DNA from: Lama glama
Taxonomy: Eukaryota
NCBI GenBank assembly: GCA_028534125.1
Contig: CM052817.1
Coordinates: 100,628,001-100,692,000, forward strand
Length of the DNA: 64,000 nucleotides
Reading direction: 5' to 3'
Positions 1 to 11,689 of the stretch are shown one piece after another; position 1 is the first letter of the stretch; each line of letters opens with the position of its first letter. The notes below the pieces were generated by a model. The model did not search any database. It was not told where the DNA came from and saw only the letters and a list, made by a program, of their open reading frames with translations. The position numbers and the translations under genes were made by a program.

Positions 1-79
1 AGTTATCCAACAATGACTTTCATAGGTCACCCTATAAAAGTAGAGAAAAATGTTGTGGATACAAAAAAAAAATTTACAA

Positions 80-895
80 AATAAAGGGCCCAGAAACAGA
101 CCTACATAAATATCTTTGACAAAGGAGCAAAGGCAATACAATGAAACAGTCTGTCTATTCAACAAATGGAGCTGAACAACCAGACATGCACATGCCAAAA
201 TTAACTCAAAATGTATCACAGACCTAAATGTAAAACACAAAACTATAAAACTCCTAGAAGATAACACAGAAGAAAATGTTGATGACCTTGGACATGCTGA
301 AGACTTTCTAAACACAACACTTAAGATACAATCTATGGAAGAAATAACTGATAACCTGGACTTCATTAAAATTAAAAACTGTTCTGTGAAAAACAGTGTC
401 ATGAGAATGAGAAGATAAGCCACTGACTAAGAGAAAATGCTTGGAAGAGACGATACGACAGTTGTTTGTTATCCAAAATATATGAAGAACTCTTAAAACT
501 GAATAATAAGAAAACAAACAATCTATTAAAAAACAGGTAAAAGGTCTGAACAGATACCTCATCAAAGAAGATGTACAGATGGCAAGTAAACATATGAAAA
601 GATGCTGAATGTCGTATGTCATTAGGGAATTTCAAATTAAAACAACAATGAAATGCCACTACACGTTTATTAGAATTGCCAAAATCCAAAACATTAACAG
701 TATCAAATGGTGGCAACAGAACTCTCTCATTCATTGCTGGTGGGAATGCAAATGGTACAGTCACTCTGGAAGACAGCTTGGCAATTTCTTACAAAATTAA
801 AATACTCTTACCATATGACCCAGCAATCATGCTCATCGGCATTTAATCAAAGGACCTGAAAATGCCTACAACAAAACCTGCACATGGATGTTACA
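80..895 (+). mobile_element. Old L1 (L1M) ORF2 3' fragment
   Basis: Typical L1 motifs: tttgacaaaggagcaaaggcaatacaatg, aaactcctagaagataaca, catatgacccagcaatc; degenerate ORF2-like peptides. Confidence 0.9.
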
Positions 896-1294
896 AGAAG
901 CAGGAATGCAAAACAGTCTACACACTGACCCTAGCTATGCAAACTATGTCTCCATGTGGTCAAGGGCTGGCAAGTCATATGCAAAAATTTATTCAGTAAT
1001 TATTTACTGACAAATTATTAGGTATTGGGATGTCTTATACATGATAAGCACTATCAGGCAAGATAAATAAGAAATCAAAGGGTGTGAATAGGAGGGAGAC
1101 AGAAAAACAATTTTAATACAATATGAGTCATAATAAACATACTATGGGAGTAGAGATTAAGACGGGGCAACTTTTGGAGAGGGGCTACAAAAACAGGTGT
1201 TAGGTGGCTTTACGGATAATTCTATTGCCCACTTCCTCCCCAAATTACTGTTTCATTGAATTTTCAAATTTTAACAAATTTTAACTTGGACCCA

Positions 1295-1525
1295 GGATAA
1301 GTTCTAGGTTCACATTCCTAACCCCACTACTTACCGGCTGACTGATCACTCATGAATTACTTAACTTCTCTCCACTTGTTTCTCATCTCTGACATGGAGA
1401 TAAAAATTAGAACCTACATAACAGGACTGTTAAGATTAAATGAGGTTATATATGTAAATTATTTAGCACAGTGTTCTAGCACATAGTAAATAGTGCTCAA
1501 TAAATGGTTTAGTAGTAGTAGTAGC
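1295..1525 (+). mobile_element. MIR SINE
   Basis: Core ttacttaacttctct...tttctcatct...attaaatgag...ttagcacagtg...gcacatagtaa...gctcaataaatg. Confidence 0.85.
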
Positions 1526-1574
1526 ATTATTATCAATGCTGTTCTCCACCACACTGATGAGATTCAGAGTAAGA

Positions 1575-2000
1575 ACAGGTAATAGTCTGGCTCTACTGCA
1601 CCAAGCAGCACCACCGTTGACTACAGGACACAACACTTCAAGATCAATTTGTCCAGAGAAGGGCAACCAGGATGGTGATCCTGGAAAACACACTGAAGGC
1701 ATGAAGTCTGGAGAAAAGATTATGGATGAACATGACAGCAGTCTTCTCCTGTAAGGAAAGGCTATCACTGCTCTACATGGAAGAGCAAGGACCAAAGAAG
1801 AATAATAGATGTCAACATGAAGAACTGTCTAAAAATATAATGCTGTTTCACACTGTAGTATGCCCTAGTGACGACTTCATTATCAAGCCTGAGTCTCCTG
1901 ATAAAGCTACTGGGCGCAGGTTTGGACTTGGTGATCTCAAAGGTCCCCTGCGGAGTCTATCTCAGGAGACTTAAAATTAGGATGGAAAACCTAAGCAGTT
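1575..2000 (+). mobile_element. CR1/L3 LINE 3' fragment
   Basis: tgtccagagaagggcaaccaggatggtga...ctggaaaac...gtctggagaaaaga resembles the L3 3' region. Confidence 0.6.
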
Positions 2001-4754
2001 TAAATATATTAATTAGTTTGAAGAAATGAGAGGTTGGGAATAGGGACGGGAAGTGAGAGCACTGGTGACTTCCTGGTAAAGCACTTTAGAATTATACTCT
2101 AAAAGATAGACTCTGAAATTGCTCACAGAAGGATTTTTAAATGAAAGACACTCATGTTTTAGGGAGAGCCAAAAGTGCTGTCAAGGCTACTCTTAAGTAA
2201 CTCTCTAAAGAAACCACATATTAAATAAATGTCTTAAAAACAAAGACACCACATGCTAACTACTGCTCTTCTAATAATGTGGTTAAGTTGACCTTAGAGA
2301 ATTGCTAGGATGGCACCTGAGTCATGGAGATGTGAGGAATTGGCTACACAATGAACTGTTAAAGGCTGCATTGCTTTCTTCCACTATGCTCAGCTGCATG
2401 TTCATGAAAAGATCATTATATAATGCCCTTCCTTGTGAAAGGTGTCTTTTTATCCAGTCTTCCATTGAGTATTATACATTGTGAAAGTTATCAAAAGACT
2501 AAGTAGAGTCAGAATGAGTTTCTAGTAGATACAGTTTTTTTTTTCTAATAAGTAACAGTAATATATGCCTGTTGTAACAAGCTTGGGAAATTGTGAAAAG
2601 CATATAAGAAAAAAATAAAAATAATTCAACCACATTCAGAGGGAACTCCTAACATTTGGTTTAATTCTTTCTGATCTTTTCTCATGCATATATATGGGGG
2701 AGGGAATTATTGTAAGTTTATTTCATAGTCAGGATCACATTTATATTTTTAGTAAATATTGTATTTGTAAGCTTTACCTATTATTAAATTTCCTTTAAAA
2801 TACGATTTTTAATGATTGGATGAGTTGCCTTCAATTGATTTCTGTATCTTAGCAACATGGTTCTTAAATTGTGGTTTTTAACTTCTCCTCTGGGGAATTT
2901 TACTCTCAAACTGCTATGTTATTATAATATTCCTCAATGTAATCATCTTTATATTGAAAATCTGAGTTTTAAACTGAACTTAAATGGCATGCCTATTTAT
3001 AATTTATAGTCTAGCTTCGGTACATCTTAAAAGGTGAAATGAGAATCGCTCACATTACAATTTGTGAAATTTCAACTTTCAACCTGAATCAGCACTAGAG
3101 ACAAATATATCAAATTTCTACTGTTCAGAAAAGATAAAAGAATTAAACGTCAACTCAAGACAAAACTTACCCCCAAAGTCACAAGATAATACCAAATGAA
3201 CTGCACAACATAGAGAACCAACAATGGGTTCAAGGAATTGAATCTTCTAATTCTAGGAAGCTGTAAAGATAAGAGATGGAACCTGGCCTGGATTTTGAAG
3301 GATCTGCCTGGGGGGGGAGGATTTATTAAAAGGAACTGGAGGAATGGAGATAGAATCAGCTAAAATGAAACTGGTAAGACTGCAACAGACTTCAAATGTC
3401 CACCTATGGAATCTGGCTTCATCAGTGGGAAATGGGGCACTCGATATTTATATTGAGGTTACTGAACTAAAAATTCAGTTTAAAAAATTCATCCAATCAT
3501 TCATACTGTCAACACACTGTCCAGGACATGGCATTATAGCCTATTGAAACAGAAACCTAAGCAAAGATGCCCTTTAATTTTTAAACACTGACTCTCCAAT
3601 TTTTATCTCACAAGTGCCTGAGGGTAAGAAAACGGAAGATCAAGAGTTCTAATCTGTTAAACTCTTTCAGCAGACCCATAGGCTTGGATAAAAAAAAGGT
3701 CAAACCATTTTTCCACCAAATGCTGAGAAGACTAGAATATTAAGAGACTAGAAAATCTAAAAGGAAAAATAAAAAATTGGTAGGAAGAAAGGAAAGGTAG
3801 TTTTAGTTTTCAGTGGACTGCTCAGGTGACAATGTCCAATAGATAAACAGAAATGCAGGACTGAGGTTTGGGTGAATGACAGGAGCTGGATACATAATTT
3901 TGGAGTCACCTACCAAAGTAAAAAGAGAACCCACCATGATATCTCCTTTATCTGCTCCATAGCATCTTCTCTATCACCAGCAAAAACAACATTAATAAAG
4001 AGCAGTTCATTTTAATTATCTACATATGAAGCGACTGCCTCAGGAACATTTTGAGTATAACTATTTGTGGTATTTGTGGATATTTCAGAGAAGTTTATCA
4101 TCTGTGTAAAGTACAAATCAATGGAACACTATGAAACATTTTGAAATTCAACATTCTATGGGAAGATTTTTTTTGGTCTACAATTAAAATCCGTAATTAA
4201 AATAATTTTTAATTATTTGCAGTGAATAGGATATAGATTTAAACATGACCAACATTTAGAGCTATTATGGTTTAAAATAATGTTAATAAGTATTTTTTAA
4301 ACTGCACTAATAGGAATTAATTAGAAATTGACCATAAACTAAAGTTCATTTTGACATCCAATTACAAAATTCACAAAGCATTTAAGTATACAGATGTTTT
4401 TGAAGAAGAAAATTTAGAGAAACTGATAAAATCTAATGGAAGGAAATGGTACATACATATCAAGTAGGAAGATCTGTGCATAGCATTCCCTTGGAGATGT
4501 GTTATATTTTAATTTTTATTAGAAATGGGCCCAGCTTATTACCATATGTCCCGATCCTCCTGCACACTCTTTTAAAAGTATTTATCTATTTCTCCATTAA
4601 TCTCTTTTTCCACTAGAGGGAGATATGACTGAACATTAACAGTCATATAAAGTATATACACTGATATCTTCCGTGGGGAATGCAGTGTATTGTGTGAGAT
4701 GAGGGACAGGAGACAGACAGACAAAATGAGGTCATAGGCTTATACCTGTAAACT

Positions 4755-4945
4755 ACCCACGTGCCCCAGGCACAACACTACTTGCTTTACATGCATTATT
4801 TTACTTAGTCCTTACAAAAACCCAGTGAAGTAGGTATTACAGTCTTATTTTACAGATAGAACAGATCAATTAGATTACATACGTATGGTCATAAAATGAG
4901 TGGCAAAATCAGAACTCAAGTTCAAGTTTGAAAAGCTCTTCACTC
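4755..4945 (-). mobile_element. MIR SINE
   Basis: ccaggcac...gctttacatgcattat...gtaggtatta...attttacagat. Confidence 0.75.
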
Positions 4946-6294
4946 TGTCAGCAGAGAATTCATCTCCTCCAGTGTGTCCTCTTTCCTCCACTTTCATCTC
5001 CTCTCTCCACATGCTTAAAATTGAGTTAAACTGGGCAGAGTGAATTTTCTAGTTTGTCCTCCTTCACACCTGTTGGGTTATGTGTCCTAGTGGATTTAAT
5101 TCAAGATGACTGATGCCTTATATAGCACTTTCTGCTCTCTGGACATCTCTACACTGAACAGAGTTCAAACCTAAATTCCTTCTCTTACATGAACAAGACA
5201 AGGCCAGGGGCTTCCTGACATGGCCATCACTCTCTAGAACTCAACCTAAATACAACAGAATTTAGAGCCTGATTAGATTGCAGATGTTACCTGCATGGTC
5301 CTGAAGAGTTTCCCAGTAGCTCTGGCTCAAGAGAGTAGTTGGTGGATGGTGGACTAGAAACAAAACTGTAACTTTGATTCCCTGATTAGCAAGTGATTCT
5401 TGTATCTACTTCCTCTATTGTTTGGAAGCAACAGACAAGAAAAAGTTTCAGGCCTCTAGACCCTAGACATACTGCTTCTTTGACTATGTATTTGTATATA
5501 TATATATTTTTTTCTAAATATATTTCTTATTTGAGGCAAAAAAGATTTTTTAAAAACTGCTTAGTTACCAAAAGATATCTAACAATCAGGATGGGAAAAA
5601 ATACACTAATTTGAAGGAAGGAATGAAGTTATTTGAGAACAAATAGAAGACACTAATGACTGATACGGAAGAAACAGAGATCAGTGCTCAAACGTGGTTC
5701 TCTTCAGGAGACGATCAGGAGGATACAAGACCTGGCCTAATGGTAATCTCATCTGCTTTTCATTTTAGTAGAAAATGAGCTGATATTCTACATTAAACAT
5801 GGAAAAGGAGCCTTTAGTATGGGCTGGGCATCTCTTCAGAAAACAAGATATTTTTGTCCTTAATTATGATAAGACTGTTGACATAGGGTGTAAAAACTGA
5901 AGAGATGGGCATTCCTATCGGGGGAAGCAAGTTGACTTTAGAATTTGCAAAGATTTAGCCAAATTTACAGAAATAGCTAGCACACAATTCCTAATTAAGA
6001 AACACATTTGATGGACTCCAGAGAGAGCGATATCTGTTATCCTGTCTCAAATTTCATTGTCATTTCTTCCTGTTACAACTTTAGCCTTGAGTCCTTGTAA
6101 CTTCAGTATTCATTAAATACTACAAAGGAAAGCACTTAACTGAGCTCTCTGCACTTTCTAAAGGATAGCTCTGTTGATTTCAAATGTGGTATGGTATTAG
6201 AAAGTCACCACACTCCAGAGTCTAGAACATAAACAGACTTCCATTTCTATTGAAAATCTTGTTTAGTGATGTTTGCCAAATTCTACTATAGGGG

Positions 6295-6465
6295 GCAGCA
6301 TAGCACATGGAAAGAAGAGGGCTGCTTTGAAATTAGGCAGATCTGGCTTAAAATCTCTTCCCACTTACAGTGTGATATTGGGGTGAATCATTTGGCCTGT
6401 CTGCAACCTCTGCTTACTTAACCATCATGGGAACTTGCAAAGAGTATGGACTTAATAAACATCAA
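6295..6465 (+). mobile_element. MIR SINE fragment
   Basis: gcagcatagcac...gctttgaaattaggcagatctgg...ccacttac. Confidence 0.6.
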
Positions 6466-7318
6466 TTCTTGACCGGCATGACCCTTGACTTTTAACATTA
6501 AGAAAGTCTGGAATTTCTACTGTATATTATTGCCATAGGCTCCATTAGAATAAATCTTTGGTGACTACAGGGAAAAAGATTGTCCTAAGAGTTTTGATAG
6601 TCTCCAATATGCTTTCAAAAAAAAAAAAAAAAAGACCAATGCAAAGAAGGACCAAAAATGGTTTTTCTCCTTAATACCATAGTTTCACAAATAGCATGTT
6701 CAGTAATGACAAATAAGTAAGTCTAGCTGTCCAAAGGGTATGTTTAAGAAACTACCAAAAGAAATTTTTCTGAAAGGTGTGCTGGGTAAGATGTAGAAGG
6801 TTAACCCTATATTAATATAAAAAATGGGATTTTGAAAATAAATTATTATACCTCTACTCTTCTCAAAAGTCACAGTTTAAGAGGACTTAAAAGAAATTGT
6901 GGCTTAGGGTAATGTCTGTAGAAGTGTCTTATGTATTAAGAATTTAAAGTGTCTTATGTTTATGATAATCAATAATTTAAAGCTGCTCCAAAATAAACTT
7001 TAAAATAGTGAAAGCTTTCCCCCTATTTATTGTATTTAAAAGATTTATACACATGGGTGACTAACATTTTCTTTTAAAGTAACACAGTAATATGTGATGT
7101 TTTCAAAATGTTGTTGAAAAATAAAGTATTAGAATAATCTGGAAGAAGCGTTTCAAGAATGGACAAAAAGGAAAATGGGCCAACTTCATACTGACATTCT
7201 ACTTTGCAGAAGGGCATCTCTGCCTTGGCAATCAAATAGTTTTATATTCGTCTTGCCATATTTATAAAAGCAAATGACCTCCAAATAGAGCATAGCAACA
7301 GCACGTACACGTGTACAA

Positions 7319-7356
7319 ACACACATACACACCACACACACACACACACACACACA
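7319..7356. repeat. Imperfect (CA)n microsatellite
   Basis: Seen directly. Confidence 0.9.
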
Positions 7357-8785
7357 AATGTATCTATCCCTGCTGTTGTTAGTACTCAGCCCACTCCTGT
7401 GGCCTTGTATATGGAGAGCTATAATTTATATCCACAACTTAAGAGTGACTAGGGAAAACAGATTTAAATTCAATACACTTTGTTTTTAAGGAGGTAGCTA
7501 TCCACACAGACATACCTAAAAGTACTGTTTATGATTTCATCTTGAAGGGAAGGGAAAGATAAAGCACCCATCAAATCTGTATACTGGAAGTTTTCCTCCT
7601 GAACATTATGATGGCTTCTCCTTTGGGAAAATGATGTGATTCGTCTAGCTGGCTTTCTTGTTTTTAATTTAAAATGCAGCAGAACTCACTGATAGATTTG
7701 CATTCTTCAGAAAAGCTGAGTTCTAATTAATCTTCTTTCTTAAATAAGATAATGCAATTAAATCCTAATCCCCTATTCCTCCAACTGAACCCTCAGAAAA
7801 AAGAGGACAGACATAAACTCACTCTTCCGATACAACCTTGAGGGAGAGGGATCAAGAGGTCAGAAGGCAGGAGCTGGGCACACTGCACTGTAACTGCTCT
7901 GAGCCTCATCCCCAAAGCAGGGCTGCAGCTGCCAGTGTTAGTCATTCCAACTCTGGCTGAGGGTCAAAGCACCACTTCCACACCTTGAGACAAGGGTGGT
8001 AAAAGGGATAAAAACCACTGCTTGAGGCCAATTCCTTCTTAGACCAACCAACTAAATAAAATCTGAACTTGCAGACAGGCTAGGGAAATTAGGGATGAGT
8101 ATGTTTTAGAAAAAGTTTAAGTTTCACAAGCTGAAGCAAAAGTGACATAGCACTGCAAGTATTAAACCAAGTGTCTAAGATACTTCATTCTAGGTCAAGT
8201 TAGGTTACAGAGGATGATGTTAAATCTGTTTTTATGCTTTCTATGGGCTAAACAAATGATTCACTGTAAAATTTAAAAATAAGCAAATAAGAGTAAGAGT
8301 ATAAACCACCACAGACATTATTTATTTGAATGTCTGTAAAATAAGTAAGATATTATTTGAGTTAAAATGTTCCTTTCCAAAGAATTGTTTAACTCATAGT
8401 CTACTCTACATGGATATTCATGATTTTTATCTAATTTTTAAATGATAAAGAACCAGAAAGCACACAAACATAAAGATCTATGAGCGTAGAAGCCTGAGGG
8501 GGAAAAAGGGTCAGAAATTGTGCTACATACCTCATTCATTCTGAGTATAATTCTTTTTACTTTCTGTCCTCTTTAGACAGACCATATTAGACAGCAATGC
8601 TGCCCAAAATATTGATTAAGATAAATTCTAACTCCAGCAAAATGCACATGATGGTCTTATTGAATTTCCTGTAACTTCAATAGCACCAAAAAACAGAGAA
8701 AATAAAATTCAATGCAGAGAAGTCAGCACTTACTTAAGAGCTAGTCAACAAGACCAAGGTATGTAACGAAAAAACTCTTTGTGTA

Positions 8786-8787
<2 letters not shown>

Positions 8788-8818
<31 letters not shown>
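8788..8818. repeat. (TG)n microsatellite
   Basis: Seen directly. Confidence 0.95.
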
Positions 8819-8819
<1 letters not shown>

Positions 8820-8825
8820 CATATT

Positions 8826-9010
8826 CTTTACAACTTAATTTTTTTTATTGTGGAAAACTTTAAACATTAAAAACTACACAGATTATACCCATGAACCCCC
8901 ATGTTCCTACAACCCAGCTTCAACAATTAGCAACTCATGGCCAATCTATACCCTACTTCCTTTTTTTCCGTTCAGTATTATTTTGAAGCAAAGCCCAGAC
9001 ACTATATTAC
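8826..9010 (-). mobile_element. Old L1 (L1MC/ME-type) 3' end
   Basis: T-tract then atgaacccccatg...acccagcttcaacaatta...attattttgaagcaaa. Confidence 0.7.
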
Positions 9011-10466
9011 TTCATTTGGACTATAATTTGATAGGGGAAAGGGAATACAATAGAAAGACTGGGTAGTGAGAGAAATGCTACTTCCTTCTCTCCACAATCC
9101 CTGCCCCTTATCATGACCACAATTTTAAGTAACATATCCAGGAACGCTCCAAGGAAAGAAGCCCATACGCCTCCCCAAAGAATTAGCACTGCAATTCCAA
9201 ATTTACTGCAGCTTCCCAGTCACTCCGCCTTCCAGCTCAGACAGCACCTCCCTCCCTAACCAGCAAAGATAATTCAGGGAAGCAGTGATAGTATGTGATA
9301 GTAACAGTGTACCCAGTCCTTAACTCTGGCATAGCCTCCAAGGACTGCACAAAATGGAATTGTTTTTCTCAGCAACAGGCTAGTCACCACGTCTCTGAAT
9401 TGATAGGCCTCCTCCAGTTCAGACAGGAGTCTAACTGTCTACCTTTTAAATCATATCTATGGCTAACTCCATGGGCTACCACTAGCTAAATGAGACAAGG
9501 AGGCAGACACAACAGAGCTGTTTCCCAGGATGGGAAAGGGAAAGGAACACTGCAGGCGAGGGAAGCAGTGGCAGAAACCCGACAGAAAGCTGGGACTCTT
9601 TGATAACGTAAAGTGCATCTTTACGTTATCTCCTACTTCTCACAGTCAAATACCAACCAAAATGTTGTGGTTACCCTACAGTAAACACTCCGATCGCCTG
9701 GAGAAGTAAATGGAGTTCCAGTAAAATGGAGTAAGAAAAGAACCCCAATTCCTCCAATACTCCTAAGTGTTTTAATTTTAGTAACATAACTAGAAGAAAA
9801 CAAGCAGTGAAGATAGCACCATACATTTCTGCTGTTTTATAATGTAGGAAAAGTGTTTCACAATCTTAAATATGTCACCATCTAGTGCTTTAACTTTTAA
9901 AAATACCTACTTAGATTTCTCCAACAACCAAATACTAATATTCAGGCTGTAATTTCTTCTTGTTTACATAATAAAGAGAAAACTCCTCACAAAGGATACA
10001 CGTTAATCATCATCATAAGAAAACTAATTCGAGGTAACTCCCAGTAACCTGTACCTTGGAGTAATACCTGTGAATACAAAGCCCACCAGACCAGCTGCAC
10101 TTTGTAAATAAGAAAAGATTCTTCACTACTTGATTCACACAAATCATGTTTCACTCCAACCCCTTCCACTGCACACAACCTACTAACTCCGCTGCAGGGA
10201 CAAAATTTACAATGAAATTTGACATTAATGATTTTTCATAGCAATAGAATCAAATACCTTCTCTCCATTTGTAATAACATCCCATTATTGGTATTTCTAT
10301 TTCTAATTCTTTCTAATACTCCCTATAAAACAAAAATCAGTTCATTTTATTACTACACATCTGAAGATTAATTCTGCAGTAATACAAAGATTGTGAGGAA
10401 AGTTTCACTACAATTAATATAAATATGTCAAATTTCTCAGGTGAACAGCAGACTAAATGTACTCAC

Positions 10467-10967
10467 TTTTGTTGTCTTTGTATAGAACGGGGAGGAGAGT
10501 TGGTGAATAGGCAGGTCCACGATACTACTAGAGTTTGTGACACTGTTACTATGTGTATGTTCATCTTCCCTGCTACTGTCATCAGACTGATCAAAATCAT
10601 CACTCTCCTGGTCCATTTCCTCCTCCTCTTCATCCTCCTCATCTTGTTCGCCAGCATGCTCCTCATCCTCCTCTTGTTCTTCTTGGTTTCCCGAGGAGTC
10701 CTCATCTATGGAAATAAACCGATTGTTGTTTTCTTCCAATTGTCCTTGCTGGGAATCATTTTGGTCACCAGGTCTAGGTTCTGCTCCAACGACTTCACCA
10801 TTCCTTGCAGTGTGCTCCTCGTCCTGTTGTCTTAGCTGCTGCTGCTGTTCCTCCTCTACCACACGATTCATCTGTTCCTCATCTGCCTGGCTTGAGGAAG
10901 GGTTCCCTCTCAGAGAGCCTCCAGTTCGTCGTCTTTTGCTGCCCACAGAGAGCAGTTCCTGATTCAT
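10467..10967 (-). CDS. FBXW7: FBXW7 alpha-isoform first coding exon (aa 1-167: NLS plus acidic Glu/Asp/Gln-rich region); partial CDS continuing outside the window
   Basis: Translation MNQELLSVGSKRRRTGGSLRGNPSSSQ...LSSPFYTKTTK matches the FBXW7alpha N-terminus. ATG at 10967, 501 nt, ending at phase-0 donor AAA|GTGAGT (GT at 10466-10465). Confidence 0.98.
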
Positions 10968-11036
10968 TTCCAAAAGCCAGCTTGCTACTTCTTGAACCTT
11001 GGCTAGACTATCAGAAGATGCAAAGGTTTTCACATT
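10968..11036 (-). other. FBXW7: 5'UTR part (69 nt) of the 570-nt FBXW7 alpha exon
   Basis: Strong acceptor cctttttctcgccccccttttccccctgcag|AATGTG (AG at 11038-11037). Confidence 0.93.
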
Positions 11037-11689
11037 CTGCAGGGGGAAAAGGGGGGCGAGAAAAAGGTTTGTACAATCTCCATTATCTTTTACTTTTATG
11101 TTATATGTCTATATTCCAAATTTCATTAAAGATTATAAAAAGTATCTGATGCCCCTGAGGCATTAAGATGTTCTTTAGGAAATCAATACAGAACATTTAC
11201 ATTATAAAAGTTATGAGACTTTATAAAGATATACACAAAATCATACAGTAAACAGCTTTATTTTAATTTCCTTTTTAAAATAATTTTAGAACAAAGGTTA
11301 CAGTTTAATTTAGTTGCTTTGACCAATAAAACATAATCTACCCTGTAAAACAATTTTAAATTTTAGATCAGTAGTTCATAAACTATAACCTTTGTAAAAC
11401 TTCCACAAAATGTTAAAAAGGGTACTTCCACAAAATGCTAAAAAGTGTATCACAAAAAAACTATTCACTGCTCAGTTAAGTTCAGGAAATGCTGAGATAA
11501 ACCAAGATAAAAAGGCTTTTTTTTTTTTAATTTTAGGAATTTCCCAAACTTATCACAGAAACTTGTCTTTAGACAGTTTTTTGACAGGTATCAAATATAA
11601 TCATTATAATTTTCATTTTTCACAATGAATATAAATCAACTGAACATCAAATAAATAAAAATTTTATTTCAAAAAAAAAAAGAAAAGAA

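Noticed and set aside
308..800. ORFs of 63-121 aa
   Set aside because: Sense and antisense translations of decayed L1.
10425..11149. Plus-strand ORFs of 136, 84 and 114 aa antisense to the alpha exon
   Set aside because: Shadow ORFs of Glu/Asp/Gln codon repeats; Leu/Phe/Ser-rich with no independent gene signals.
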